NCBI GenBank assembly: GCA_963718105.1
Contig: OY970352.1
Coordinates: forward strand, 2,546,237-2,610,236
Length of the DNA stretch: 64,000 nt
Origin: an uncultured Acidobacteriota bacterium
GTDB taxonomy: Bacteria; Acidobacteriota; Blastocatellia; Pyrinomonadales; Pyrinomonadaceae
Direction: 5' to 3'
Made by a program: the position numbers and the translations under genes. Under the pieces are notes generated by a model. That model saw only the letters and a list, made by a program, of their open reading frames with translations, searched no databases and was not told the DNA's origin. Below are positions 43,313-52,855 of the stretch, one piece after another (within the stretch, counting starts at the first letter, position 1; each line of letters starts with the position of its first letter).

Positions 43313-44140
43313 ATGCGGATCATAATTCTAACTTTCCTTGTCTTCTCTATCGGGATGATCTTCCCTTCCGCGTCTTTAGGGCCGGCGCGCGGGCAGGAAA
43401 AACAGCGCGGCTTTGCCCTCTACCTGCTTCCCGGCTCCATCAAGCCCCACCAACTTAAGGATCTCGATATCAGCAAGCTCAAGCCGGCCGGCGAGCCTCT
43501 CATTACCGCCGCCGATCTCCATTACTATCAAAAAGACCGGCACGAGCTGGCCCTCACTTACGACGCCGGAAAGCGTCTAAAAAATCAGGTGCTGGAGCTG
43601 CGTGGCAGGTCTTTTGTGGTTTTTGTCGATAACGAACCTATTTACACCGGCGCGTTCTGGCTATCGATCTGGTCCTCGAGCTTTGACGGCATCTATATCG
43701 ATCTCGCGGGCCCGACGAGCGATTTTCCGGTCTTTAAATTGGGATTGGGCTATCCAAAAAATTTTAAGAATCTCCCGGACGCGCGCCCTGATCCACGGAT
43801 CTTTGAGACTTTCGCGCGGGCGGGCCTTTTACAACAGGAATTATTTATCCGCGGTAAATGTAAAAAGATCTCCAACACCTACGCCCGCCGCCCGGGCGTG
43901 ATCTTCACTTTTTCGGTGGGCAAGGTGGTAAAAGGTGACTTCAGCGGCGCTGAAATTACGTTCAACACTTATGCGGACAACCAAGGAGCCCGGCTCCTGG
44001 GCGCCCTCGACGCCATCGGGGAGCTCTACGGTAAAGACGATTGGCAGTTCGACCCGGATAAGGAAATACTCCTGAAATTCGAACAGCGGCTTCCCGCGTC
44101 CACTCAGATACCATACTTCAGCAGCTTTGATGTTAATTGA
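43313..44140 (+). CDS. Hypothetical secreted protein
   Basis: 275 aa with signal peptide MRIIILTFLVFSIGMIFPSASLG. No family recognised. Confidence 0.65.
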   Translation: MRIIILTFLVFSIGMIFPSASLGPARGQEKQRGFALYLLPGSIKPHQLKDLDISKLKPAGEPLITAADLHYYQKDRHELALTYDAGKRLKNQVLELRGRSFVVFVDNEPIYTGAFWLSIWSSSFDGIYIDLAGPTSDFPVFKLGLGYPKNFKNLPDARPDPRIFETFARAGLLQQELFIRGKCKKISNTYARRPGVIFTFSVGKVVKGDFSGAEITFNTYADNQGARLLGALDAIGELYGKDDWQFDPDKEILLKFEQRLPASTQIPYFSSFDVN

Positions 44141-44375
44141 GCGTGTCAATAGCCCGCTCTTGAAGCAAGGCTGCGCCCACCCTTAAGCAGGGCTACTGAC
44201 ACGATGCGGGCGCATCTTCAGGTCAAAACAGCGCCAAAAATAATTCAATGTGACCGAATTCAGAGAAAAATCGATATTTCTTTTCAAAACTGGCTTTTAA
44301 TTGCGGAAATATCATAAAATTAGAACCTCATTACACTGTCAATTAATTTTCGACCGGAAAGCTTTTACATAAAAA

Positions 44376-46796
44376 ATGGACGAATACACAGACCAGATGC
44401 CCCAGGACATAGCGCGTTTTCCCATGGTCCCTATCCGCGATGTGGTGATATTCCCTTTCACCAAGGTTGCGTTCAAGATCGGCCGCCCGAATTCGGTGCG
44501 CGCGCTGGAACACGCCCTGACCGGCGATCGTTATATCTTTCTCGCGACCCAGCACGATGCCACCATTGACGAGCCGACGCCCGACCAGGTTTACCAGATC
44601 GGCACTATCGGCCGCATCCTGCAAGCGCAGAAACAGGAGAACGGGCAGATAAAGGTCGTGGTCGAAGGCCGCGAACGCGCCACCACGATCAAGGTCGACC
44701 GGCAGGAAGACCTGTTGTATGCGACGGTCCGGCGGATCGTCTCCACCAATGAATCGGGTTACCGCACGGACGGGCTGCTGCAGAAACTGCACAACCTGGT
44801 CGAACAATTAATGCGTCTTTCTCCCGATGCTTATACGGATTCGCTGCACGCTTCGCTGCGCGGCACCATTCCGGCGCACATTGCCGATACCCTTTCGTCG
44901 CATCTGAAGGTGCCGGTCGAAGAAAAACAACTGCTGCTGGAGATCCCCTCGGTACAGGACCGCCTGCAAAAACTGATCGAAGTTCTGGAAATAGAGATCG
45001 ATAAAAAACAGCTCGACCGCCAGGTCCACACCCGCACCAAGCGGCAGATGGAAAAGGCGCAGCGCGAATATTATTTGAACGAACAGATCAAGGCCATCCA
45101 TAAAGAGCTCGGACGCAAAGACGAAAAAGCCGAGCTGGAAGAATTAAAAACAAAGATCGAAGAGGTCGGCATGACCGACGAAGCGAAAGAAAAAGCTCTG
45201 CAGGAACTTTCGCGGCTGGAAACGATGGCGCCGATGTCGGCCGAAAGCACCGTTTCGCGCACCTATATCGATTGGCTGGTGAACATTCCGTGGCAGGCGC
45301 GCTCTGAAGAGATCAACGATCTGAACAATGCCGAAGACATTTTGAACGAAGACCATCACGGGCTGGAAAAGATCAAGGAACGCATTTTGGAATACCTGGC
45401 CGTGCGGCAATTGGTAAAAAATCCCAAAGGCACGATCCTATGTTTTGTCGGCCCTCCGGGAGTAGGCAAAACCAGCCTGGGTAAATCGATCGCCCGCGCG
45501 ACGGGTAGAAAATTTGTTCGCTTCAGCTTGGGCGGCGTTCATGACGAAGCCGAGATACGCGGCCATCGCCGCACCTATATCGGTTCGCTGCCGGGGCAGA
45601 TCCTTCAGTTAATGAAGCGCGCCGGTACCGTTAATCCCGTGATGCTGCTCGACGAAGTCGATAAGCTCGGACACGATTTCCGCGGCGACCCGGCGGCGGC
45701 GCTTTTAGAAGTGCTCGACCCGGAACAGAATCATACTTTCCGCGATCACTATCTCGACGTCGATTACGACCTGTCGCAGGTGTTTTTTATCGCCACCTCG
45801 AACGTGCTGCATACTATTCCGCCGGCGCTCCAGGACAGGCTGGAAATAATTTCGCTGTCCGGTTACACCGAGAAAGAAAAGCTTCAGATCGCCAAGCGGC
45901 ATCTGATCCCGAAACAATCCGAAGGCAACGGCCTCGACCCGGAAAAGATCACTTTTACGGACGACGGCATCCTCGAAGTCATTCGCCACTATACGCGCGA
46001 AGCGGGCGTCCGCAGCCTGGAACGCCAGCTCGGCTCATGCCTGCGCAAAGTAGCGCGTAAATTTGTCGACGCCAAAGATAACAGTGACTTTCGCGAAGTC
46101 ATCTCCGCCGAGAAGGTGCGCGACCTGCTGGGTACTATCAAGTTCCGCAAACAGGACATCGCCCTGACCAGTGAGATCGGTTTGGTGAACGGGCTGGCCT
46201 GGACGGAAGTGGGCGGTGATATTTTGCAGATCGAAGCCACGCTGGTCAAAGGTAAAGGCGAGGTGCGCCTGACCGGAAAGCTCGGCGAAGTAATGCAGGA
46301 ATCGGCCCACACAGCGCTGACCTGTGTCCGCACCCGCGCGGAAAAACTCGGCATCGATACCGAGTTCATCCGGGAAAAAGACCTGCACATCCACGTGCCC
46401 GAAGGCGCTATTCCGAAAGACGGCCCTTCGGCCGGCATCACGATGGCCGTCGCGATGGTTTCTGCGCTGACAAACGTCGCTGTGCGCCACGATGTAGCGA
46501 TGACCGGTGAGATAACCCTGCGCGGCAAAGTTCTGCCCATCGGCGGCTTGAAAGAAAAACTTCTGGCGGCGCACCGCTTCGGAGTCAAGACCGTCATCAT
46601 TCCGAAAGACAACGAAAAAGACCTGGCCGACATTCCCGAAGAAGTTCTCGACGAAATGCAGATCCACCCGGTCGAGTCTATCGACGAGGTCCTGCAATAC
46701 GCGATGGATCACGAAAAAGTGGATATCACCGTCGATACCCCGCAAGTGTGGACGGGAGATCAGGCTTCGACGGATATAACGGCGGCGATAGAATAA
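44376..46796 (+). CDS. lon: ATP-dependent Lon protease (LonA)
   Basis: 806 aa. Walker [10 protein letters not shown], Walker B MLLDEVDK, catalytic Ser motif [12 protein letters not shown] and the Lys region LPIGGLKEK. Confidence 0.95.
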   Translation: MDEYTDQMPQDIARFPMVPIRDVVIFPFTKVAFKIGRPNSVRALEHALTGDRYIFLATQHDATIDEPTPDQVYQIGTIGRILQAQKQENGQIKVVVEGRERATTIKVDRQEDLLYATVRRIVSTNESGYRTDGLLQKLHNLVEQLMRLSPDAYTDSLHASLRGTIPAHIADTLSSHLKVPVEEKQLLLEIPSVQDRLQKLIEVLEIEIDKKQLDRQVHTRTKRQMEKAQREYYLNEQIKAIHKELGRKDEKAELEELKTKIEEVGMTDEAKEKALQELSRLETMAPMSAESTVSRTYIDWLVNIPWQARSEEINDLNNAEDILNEDHHGLEKIKERILEYLAVRQLVKNPKGTILCFVGPPGVGKTSLGKSIARATGRKFVRFSLGGVHDEAEIRGHRRTYIGSLPGQILQLMKRAGTVNPVMLLDEVDKLGHDFRGDPAAALLEVLDPEQNHTFRDHYLDVDYDLSQVFFIATSNVLHTIPPALQDRLEIISLSGYTEKEKLQIAKRHLIPKQSEGNGLDPEKITFTDDGILEVIRHYTREAGVRSLERQLGSCLRKVARKFVDAKDNSDFREVISAEKVRDLLGTIKFRKQDIALTSEIGLVNGLAWTEVGGDILQIEATLVKGKGEVRLTGKLGEVMQESAHTALTCVRTRAEKLGIDTEFIREKDLHIHVPEGAIPKDGPSAGITMAVAMVSALTNVAVRHDVAMTGEITLRGKVLPIGGLKEKLLAAHRFGVKTVIIPKDNEKDLADIPEEVLDEMQIHPVESIDEVLQYAMDHEKVDITVDTPQVWTGDQASTDITAAIE

Positions 46797-46879
46797 ATAA
46801 TCAGGAACGCTTCTTATCTTATTTCCAGATGCGTTTTCGCATGCCACTCGCTATTTTATGAACGTTGCCCGGATGCTTT

Positions 46880-48022
46880 TCATAAAACATTCCAACAGAT
46901 CTCAAAGGGGAAAAACCCTGAGGATAAAGCAATAGGAGATCGCAGGTATTTGGCTCCGCCTTTCAATACTGTTTTAACTTCATATTCAAGCTCCAGCGTA
47001 CGCTTCATTTCAACGGAAAGTTTAAAGGGAGCGGAACCAATTTCCGCTCCGATTCCCACACTGATATATCCGGTAGAACCTAACTTGGCGCCTTCCGTAT
47101 CACTGTCGGAATCATTGGCCGGCACCTTGGTTTTGTCAAAGGTCCCCCAAAATTGCGGCCTGGGCTTAGGATTTGCGGGCAATACATCAAGACAACTGTC
47201 TATCCCCGCAGGAATAGGGCGGGTTATGCGAGCGTCAGGATCGGCTTCCACCACGCGGTATCGCGTTCCGGATGCGACCGGCTTGCCATCCACCAGGGTC
47301 GTGCCGTGTTCAACTACCAGTTTCGCCGGAATTGCTTCCTCTTTGCATATCGAACCGGCCTGAATTTTGGTCGACATTTGAGTAGTAAAACCCAATCCGC
47401 CCCCGCCTTTTAAACCGGCAAATTCATACTGAGTGTCGGTCTCGACTTTCTCAGTGGTGGTGATCGTGGCCTCGGCGGTGCAACCGGCAAGATGAGGCCG
47501 ATGAATGCGAAAAAGTGGAAGATAGATTGGTATTACCCAATCAGGAGTGTTTGGGTCTCGTTTGAATTCAACCTCTACCGTACTTAAAAAATAAAATCCT
47601 TTATATAACTTTGAATTGGCCACATAAAAAGGACGCGAAGAGCCTGAACCCTGTTCGTTACTAAACCCATAATACTTATCAGGGTATTGGCTCAAAAACA
47701 ATCCCTGATCGGCAATTTCTCCTCCTACTCCCAAAAGAACTTGTCCAAGACCTTTTGTCTGTTTTTTTTCGATTCGGCCTATATAGCGAGCTCCCCAATC
47801 AGAATTAAGGGTTAACTCCGCTTCCTGCCCCGTAATCTGAATTTGGCTCAGTGAACCTACCGCGGCCTTTGCGTATTTTTTCGTAAGATGCGAATTTTCG
47901 ATCTTAGTTATTTCAACTTTTATCCCGTCTCGAGTTTTTGGAATTTTGCTTTCGTCATCTTGTCTTACAAGCGTTAAGATCGTTTGCTTATCGCGACAAG
48001 GAATTTCCCACATCTCGGTCAT
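46880..48022 (-). CDS. Hypothetical beta-rich 380-aa protein without signal peptide; candidate aerolysin/ETX-MTX2-like pore-forming fold
   Basis: GGAG RBS and AT-rich codon usage. The central segment ATITTTEKVETDTQYEFAGLKGGGGLGFTTQMSTKIQAGS is an alternating Ser/Thr-rich two-strand stretch around a Gly turn. No family recognised with certainty. Confidence 0.7.
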   Translation of the reverse strand: MTEMWEIPCRDKQTILTLVRQDDESKIPKTRDGIKVEITKIENSHLTKKYAKAAVGSLSQIQITGQEAELTLNSDWGARYIGRIEKKQTKGLGQVLLGVGGEIADQGLFLSQYPDKYYGFSNEQGSGSSRPFYVANSKLYKGFYFLSTVEVEFKRDPNTPDWVIPIYLPLFRIHRPHLAGCTAEATITTTEKVETDTQYEFAGLKGGGGLGFTTQMSTKIQAGSICKEEAIPAKLVVEHGTTLVDGKPVASGTRYRVVEADPDARITRPIPAGIDSCLDVLPANPKPRPQFWGTFDKTKVPANDSDSDTEGAKLGSTGYISVGIGAEIGSAPFKLSVEMKRTLELEYEVKTVLKGGAKYLRSPIALSSGFFPFEICWNVL

Positions 48023-48120
48023 ATTATTTCTCCATTGGAATCACTTCGTTTGGCGGCAGCTTATGTAAACGAAGAATTCATCGCAGGCATTCTGAGCAAC
48101 CGTCGTATTTATTGGCGCAA

Positions 48121-48208
48121 AGCTGAGAACTTGGGAGTTCGAGGCTTCGTGAGAAAACTCAGGTAAAAACTATGCGGCTAATTTATTCTCAAACCGAATT
48201 ATTGTCAA
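48121..48208 (-). promoter_or_regulatory. Promoter (TTGACA-17-TAAATT) plus conserved ~50-nt leader, copy 1 (drives the 380-aa gene)
   Basis: On the minus strand, TTGACA is at 48208-48203 and TAAATT at 48185-48180. The leader 48172-48121 aligns with 48926-48875. Confidence 0.6.
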
Positions 48209-48284
48209 TAGAAATTTTTACAGAACAAACCCGTCTGCGGCCGCTTGCTCCGCGGACGGTCATAATCAAATAATTAAGCCCAGG

Positions 48285-48836
48285 TTATTTCGTTGTCGTC
48301 TCTTTCGGATTATGATCGCGGTAATCCAGGAAGTCGTACCCGACATTGGCGGCGAGGAGCATCCACATTATGATCGTCCCCAGCGGGGTAATATATTCGA
48401 TGTCGTGAATTCCCTTGTCGCGCCCCATATAAAAGCTGATCGCGCCGAACACCAGGTAGAACAGGATCACAAAACAGACGGATATAAGCGTCGGCAAAAC
48501 GATCTCTTTTCCACCGACATTGTTATAGGTAAAGGAAAAAAATCCGGCCGTAACTCCCGCCGCCAGGATTGATAAAATTCCGATGGCCGAAGAATATGCC
48601 GGTGGCGTTTTACCGGCGGCTGTCACATTTGGCGTCTCAGAGATCAGCAGGAAGAAACCCAGCGCGGCCAGCAGCGTGCCGAACATCCCAAACGCTGCGC
48701 ACAAATAATACTTCCATTTGGATGATTTGTTCTCAAAATCTATTTTTCTCCCGTCTTCTCTAAAGAAGATAGCCCGCGCCACAATAGCGGCTACCCCGAA
48801 AAAACATCCTACTAATACAAGAGCAAAACCACCCAT
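48285..48836 (-). CDS. Hypothetical 5-TM membrane protein (183 aa)
   Basis: GGAGGTG RBS. Five hydrophobic segments (FALVLVGCFFGVAAIV, YYLCAAFGMFGTLLAALGFFLLI, AIGILSILAAGVTAGFFSF, LPTLISVCFVILFYLVFGAISFY, LGTIIMWMLLAANVGY). No family recognised. Confidence 0.7.
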   Translation of the reverse strand: MGGFALVLVGCFFGVAAIVARAIFFREDGRKIDFENKSSKWKYYLCAAFGMFGTLLAALGFFLLISETPNVTAAGKTPPAYSSAIGILSILAAGVTAGFFSFTYNNVGGKEIVLPTLISVCFVILFYLVFGAISFYMGRDKGIHDIEYITPLGTIIMWMLLAANVGYDFLDYRDHNPKETTTK

Positions 48837-48874
48837 TTTTCACCTCCAAAGTGCAACAATGTGATTGTGATATG

Positions 48875-48960
48875 AAGCTTGAGAACCAGGGAGTTCAGGC
48901 TTCGCGGGAAAACTCGGGAAACTATATAAATAATTTATTTGGAAATAGAGTGATTGTCAA
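48875..48960 (-). promoter_or_regulatory. Promoter (TTGACA-17-TAAATT) plus conserved leader, copy 2 (drives the 5-TM gene)
   Basis: On the minus strand, TTGACA is at 48960-48955 and TAAATT at 48937-48932. Hexamers and spacing are the same as in copy 1. Confidence 0.6.
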
Positions 48961-48996
48961 TAACTTTAAAAGCGGTGCTGCCTGAATATATCAAAC

Positions 48997-49075
48997 CTTC
49001 GGAAAAGATGAGAGATGATAGCTGAGTGAGTCGATCTATAATCTGTCATCTATCAGTTATCATCTATTCCGAATG
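48997..49075. repeat. MITE-like repeat, family D copy 2
   Basis: ...GATGATAGCTGAGTGAGTCGATCTATAATCTGTCATCTATCAGTTATCATCTATTCCGAATG aligns along its length with 56021-56107. Confidence 0.8.
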
Positions 49076-49178
49076 ACGATCTTATGAACCTCACAGCTTT
49101 TTAGAACATCAAATCCGTGGCGCTTTAAGGTTGTTTAAGCTGCGAAACACTCACGCGCTCCTTGCGCGCTCCATACAC

Positions 49179-49580
49179 CTAGCTGATCTGCTGCATCAAA
49201 CCGGCAAAATCGACCTGGCACCAGTGCTCTGTCAGCCGGCCGTTTTTGACGGTCAGGATATCGATCACGTCGATATGGATCGGGCGGCCGGTCGGCGCCG
49301 CTCCGAAAAATTCGCCGGTGTGTTCGCCAAAGAAACTTTTTCGGGTGACGACCTTATCGCCTTCGGCCACCTGGTCATATACTTCCGCCCGGAAGCCTGA
49401 GAAAGCGCCGCGCAGCATCTTGAACAGATTTTTCACGCCCTCTTTGTCCGGCGTCAGGCCGGGCAGCGCGGAGTGGTCGACAAAATCATCCGCCAGCAAT
49501 TCCTCCGCCACCTCTTCGCGGGCATCCGTCTGGTATTCGCTGATAAAGCGGCTGACTATATCTTTATTTTCCGTTGACAT
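49179..49580 (-). CDS. SnoaL-like / predicted ester cyclase family protein
   Basis: The ATG at 49580 is preceded by GGGGAG. NKDIVSRFISEY...DDFVDHSALPG...FRAEVYDQVAEGDKVVTR..HTGEF.G..PTGR......DILTVKNGRLTEHW follows the ester cyclase (NTF2-like) pattern. Confidence 0.65.
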   Translation of the reverse strand: MSTENKDIVSRFISEYQTDAREEVAEELLADDFVDHSALPGLTPDKEGVKNLFKMLRGAFSGFRAEVYDQVAEGDKVVTRKSFFGEHTGEFFGAAPTGRPIHIDVIDILTVKNGRLTEHWCQVDFAGLMQQIS

Positions 49581-49706
49581 TAAATTTCTCCCCAAAAATT
49601 GGACTCGCGCACAAATTCGCTCGGCAAACTAAAACGGTTTCAAAAATCTTCATTTGACATAAGGCCGTGCGAAAGCTAAGTTTTGAAAAACCTTTAAGGA
49701 GTACCT

Positions 49707-50153
49707 ATGAGCAAAGCTAAATCTGCAGATCTGTTAATGAAACTTTACGACCTGCGCCGCGAGGCGAAAATGCGCGATGCGCGCAACTGGTTCATCACTT
49801 TTTTTCCGGAAAGCGCCCAGGACGTACTAGGGGCGATGGTGCATCCCGAAACCAGCGCCTACGCCCGTATGGTGCTTAGCTATTGGGATATGGCGGCGTC
49901 GTTCGTCAATCACGGCGCGATCGACGAAGAAATGTTCAACGAAGCCAGCGGCGAGGGCGTGGTTGTTTTTGCCAAGGTCGAACCCTTTCTGGAAGAGATC
50001 CGCACGATCACGAACAATGCGAATTTTGCCGCCAGGCTGGAAGCCTGGGTTTCACGTATTCCCGACTATAAACAGGTCTGCGAAGACCGCCGCAACATGC
50101 TGAAAAATATGATGGCTGCCCGCGCCGAAATGATGAAAGGCGCATCAGCGTAA
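49707..50153 (+). CDS. Hypothetical cytoplasmic protein (148 aa)
   Basis: AAGGAG RBS. No motif recognised. Confidence 0.6.
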   Translation: MSKAKSADLLMKLYDLRREAKMRDARNWFITFFPESAQDVLGAMVHPETSAYARMVLSYWDMAASFVNHGAIDEEMFNEASGEGVVVFAKVEPFLEEIRTITNNANFAARLEAWVSRIPDYKQVCEDRRNMLKNMMAARAEMMKGASA

Positions 50154-50158
50154 TTGAT

Positions 50159-50223
50159 AATGAGTAACGGTGAATGATTAATGCCGAGAGATGGTCTATA
50201 TTAATCATTCACCGTTATTCATT
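50159..50223 (+). terminator. 24-bp near-perfect hairpin between the 49707 gene and engB
   Basis: AATGAGTAACGGTGAATGATTAAT pairs with ATTAATCATTCACCGTTATTCATT (23 of 24 positions). There is no clear U-tract, so function as a terminator is uncertain. Confidence 0.4.
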
Positions 50224-50226
50224 TGT

Positions 50227-50799
50227 ATGAAGATTTCCTCAGCCAAATTCGTAAAAAGCGCTTTTGAAGAGAGCCACTGGGTGACGGACAGCAAACCGGA
50301 AATATCTTTTCTCGGCCGCTCGAACGTAGGAAAATCCAGTTTGCTCAATTCACTTTTGAAGGTAAAAGGCCTGGCGCGCACTTCGAATACCCCCGGCCGA
50401 ACGCAGAGCATCAACTTTTTTCTGATCAACGATGCCTTTTATTTCGCCGATCTGCCGGGTTACGGTTATGCCAAAGTTTCCAAGACGATGCGAAAGGATT
50501 GGGGCAAGATGGCCGAAGAATATCTTGCTTTACGGCCCCAACTTGTGTTATCAATACAATTAATAGATTCGCGGCATCCTCCTACTGAGCTTGATCTGCA
50601 ATTGCAGGAATGGCTAGTTTTTCATCAAAGGCCGCGGCTTGTGATCGCCACGAAATCGGACAAACTATCCCGCAATGAATTGCATAAGAATTTGCAAGTC
50701 ATCAGGAAAGAGATGCCTTTAAGCAAAGTGATAGCTTATTCGTCGTCTAAAGGACATGGCCGCGACGAAGTTTGGCATGAAATCGAAGAAAAATTATGA
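50227..50799 (+). CDS. engB: Ribosome biogenesis GTPase EngB/YsxC/YihA
   Basis: G1 motif GRSNVGKSSLLN, G3 DLPGYG, G4 TKSDK. I use the ATG at 50227 (MKISSAKFVKSA). Confidence 0.9.
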   Translation: MKISSAKFVKSAFEESHWVTDSKPEISFLGRSNVGKSSLLNSLLKVKGLARTSNTPGRTQSINFFLINDAFYFADLPGYGYAKVSKTMRKDWGKMAEEYLALRPQLVLSIQLIDSRHPPTELDLQLQEWLVFHQRPRLVIATKSDKLSRNELHKNLQVIRKEMPLSKVIAYSSSKGHGRDEVWHEIEEKL

Positions 50800-51109
50800 A
50801 AAAGTAAAGATTTGGGGTTGATTTCTCGGACAACTTTGAGAGATAATTCACTATCTCATTAAAACTCAGGGGTAAAAGCTCTAGGGTTTAGTTCGGAAAC
50901 GCCTTGGCTGTACTTTCCAACTTGTTTCTCCGTGACAACTTATGACTTTTTAGATCGGCTAACACCGATCTTGCGTTAGGTCACAAATTCGCCGCCGGAA
51001 CATTAAATCCATAACATTATCGAGATATAGTTTTTTCCAATATTAATAATCCTGAAAAATTTAAGAGTACATGCAACGCAGCTAAAGAAAGCTGTTAAGG
51101 ATAAATAAA

Positions 51110-52576
51110 ATGCCAACTAAAGTAACTAAAAAGAAAGGCAGCGCAGGCACTGATGAAAAAAAGAACGGTGCTGCTGCCGATGAAGTAAAAGAAAAAATAG
51201 AAGACACTCCGCTTGAAGAGGTCGAAGAGATCGAGGAAATTGAGGAGGTCGAGGAGATCGATGCCGGCGAAGAAGAAGCAGAAGAAGAAACGGTAAGATC
51301 TTCTCCGCCCTCGGGCAACGGTGCCAATTTCGATCTCGCGGTCCTCAAGGAAATGTCTATTTCCGACCTCACGCACGTCGCCAAGGATTACAACATCCTG
51401 GGCGCTTCGGGCATGAGAAAGCAGGAGTTGATCTTTAAGGTCCTCGCCGCGCAAACGGAAAAAAGCGGCTTGATCTTTTCCGAAGGTGTGCTGGAAACCT
51501 TGCCCGACGGCTTTGGATTTCTGCGCGCGCCGGAATCTAACTATCTGCCGGGCCCGGACGATATCTATGTCAGCCCTTCGCAGATCCGCAAGTTTGACCT
51601 GCGCACCGGCGACACCATAAGCGGCCAGATCCGCCCGCCCAAGGAAGGCGAGCGTTACTTTGCGCTGATCAAGGTCGAGGCGATCAACTTTGAATCTCCG
51701 GAATCTTCGCGTGAAAAAGTATTTTTCGACAACCTGACGCCGCTTTATCCCGACGAACGCCTGACGATGGAGATCGGCCCGGATAATATCTCGGCCCGTG
51801 TGATCGACCTGGTCACGCCGATCGGCAAAGGCCAGCGCGCCTTGATCGTGGCGCCGCCGCGCACCGGTAAAACGATGCTGCTGCAGACCATCGCCAATTC
51901 CGTCACGACCAATCACCCGGAAGTAACCCTGATCGTGCTGCTCATCGACGAGCGCCCGGAAGAAGTTACCGATATGCAGCGCAGCGTCAACGGCGAAGTT
52001 ATCAGCTCGACCTTTGACGAACCGCCGACCCGCCACGTGCAGGTTGCGGACATGGTCATCGAAAAAGCAAAACGCCTGGTCGAACACAAACGCGACGTGG
52101 TTATCCTGCTCGATTCGATCACCCGCCTGGCGCGCGCGCATAACGCGGTCGTGCCTCCGTCGGGTAAGATCCTTTCCGGCGGTATCGATTCAAACGCGCT
52201 CCAGCGCCCGAAACGCTTTTTCGGCGCCGCGCGCAACATCGAAGAAGGCGGTTCGCTGACGATCATCGCCACCGCGCTGATCGACACCGGTTCGCGCATG
52301 GACGATGTTATTTTCGAAGAGTTCAAGGGAACGGGTAACTCGGAAATTCATCTTGACCGCAGGCTGAGCGACAAACGCCTCTTCCCGGCGATCGACATCC
52401 AGCGCTCCGGCACCCGTAAGGAAGAACTGCTGATCGAGAAGGAAGACCTAAACCGCATCTGGGTAATGCGCCGCGTCCTCAATCCCCTCTCGCCCGTCGA
52501 GCAAATGGAAGTCGTGCTGGAAAGACTCTCGAAGTCAAAAGCCAATGCGGATTTCCTGGCCAGTATGCAGACCTAA
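51110..52576 (+). CDS. rho: Transcription termination factor Rho with Lys/Glu-rich N-terminal extension
   Basis: Walker A APPRTGKT plus the RNA-binding and ATPase core ([24 protein letters not shown]). About 75 extra N-terminal residues include [25 protein letters not shown]. Confidence 0.95.
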   Translation: MPTKVTKKKGSAGTDEKKNGAAADEVKEKIEDTPLEEVEEIEEIEEVEEIDAGEEEAEEETVRSSPPSGNGANFDLAVLKEMSISDLTHVAKDYNILGASGMRKQELIFKVLAAQTEKSGLIFSEGVLETLPDGFGFLRAPESNYLPGPDDIYVSPSQIRKFDLRTGDTISGQIRPPKEGERYFALIKVEAINFESPESSREKVFFDNLTPLYPDERLTMEIGPDNISARVIDLVTPIGKGQRALIVAPPRTGKTMLLQTIANSVTTNHPEVTLIVLLIDERPEEVTDMQRSVNGEVISSTFDEPPTRHVQVADMVIEKAKRLVEHKRDVVILLDSITRLARAHNAVVPPSGKILSGGIDSNALQRPKRFFGAARNIEEGGSLTIIATALIDTGSRMDDVIFEEFKGTGNSEIHLDRRLSDKRLFPAIDIQRSGTRKEELLIEKEDLNRIWVMRRVLNPLSPVEQMEVVLERLSKSKANADFLASMQT

Positions 52577-52638
52577 AAACTGGGAGCGCAGACTTCAGTC
52601 TGCAGCGCTAACAAATGGGCGCTTCGCGTTCGAAATAT

Positions 52639-52669
52639 TAAAGGGCAGGTTTTGTACCTGCCCTTTTTA
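52639..52669 (+). terminator. Rho-independent terminator after rho
   Basis: AAAGGGCAGG-TTTTGTA-CCTGCCCTTT followed by TTAT. Confidence 0.75.
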
Positions 52670-52855
52670 TGTCTCGCTCAGCGAAGTCAGGCATGTGATT
52701 AGCATAAACGAGGGCGCAATGTTCAAGCGGTGCCAGGTTGTAGGGGTTTTTAAAGTGCTTCCCGTCTCTTTCCGTAATGGGCAAATAATTTCTTTCCAAA
52801 TAATCCGTTTTCGATTATTCTTTTGCTGCAAAAGTTTTCAACCTGATCAAACTTC

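Noticed and set aside
44140-44376. Imperfect inverted repeat GTGTCAATAGCCC...GGGCTACTGACAC and family A-like fragments upstream of lon; also a search for a CIRCE heat-shock operator
   Set aside because: The arms carry mismatches and the family A resemblance is scrambled. No TTAGCACTC-N9-GAGTGCTAA element is present. This is too weak to report as a feature.
44343-46847. Minus-strand ORFs overlapping lon (44343-44807, 45989-46633, 46035-46847)
   Set aside because: Lon is encoded without interruption on the plus strand with all catalytic motifs. The antisense ORFs are Arg/Phe-rich shadows.
46880-48022. The 380-aa protein as a bacterial gasdermin
   Set aside because: It is longer than typical bacterial gasdermins, and no protease gene (caspase-like, CHAT or trypsin-like) is adjacent. 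The neighbouring lon is a convergent housekeeping gene. The aerolysin/ETX-like reading fits the Ser/Thr hairpin better, though it too is unproven.
51095-52141. 348-aa minus-strand ORF antisense to rho. The same applies to 56253-57023 antisense to glgA and 57842-58750 antisense to the acyltransferase fusion.
   Set aside because: Each overlaps a motif-verified gene on the other strand and has the Arg/Asp/Phe-rich shadow composition.
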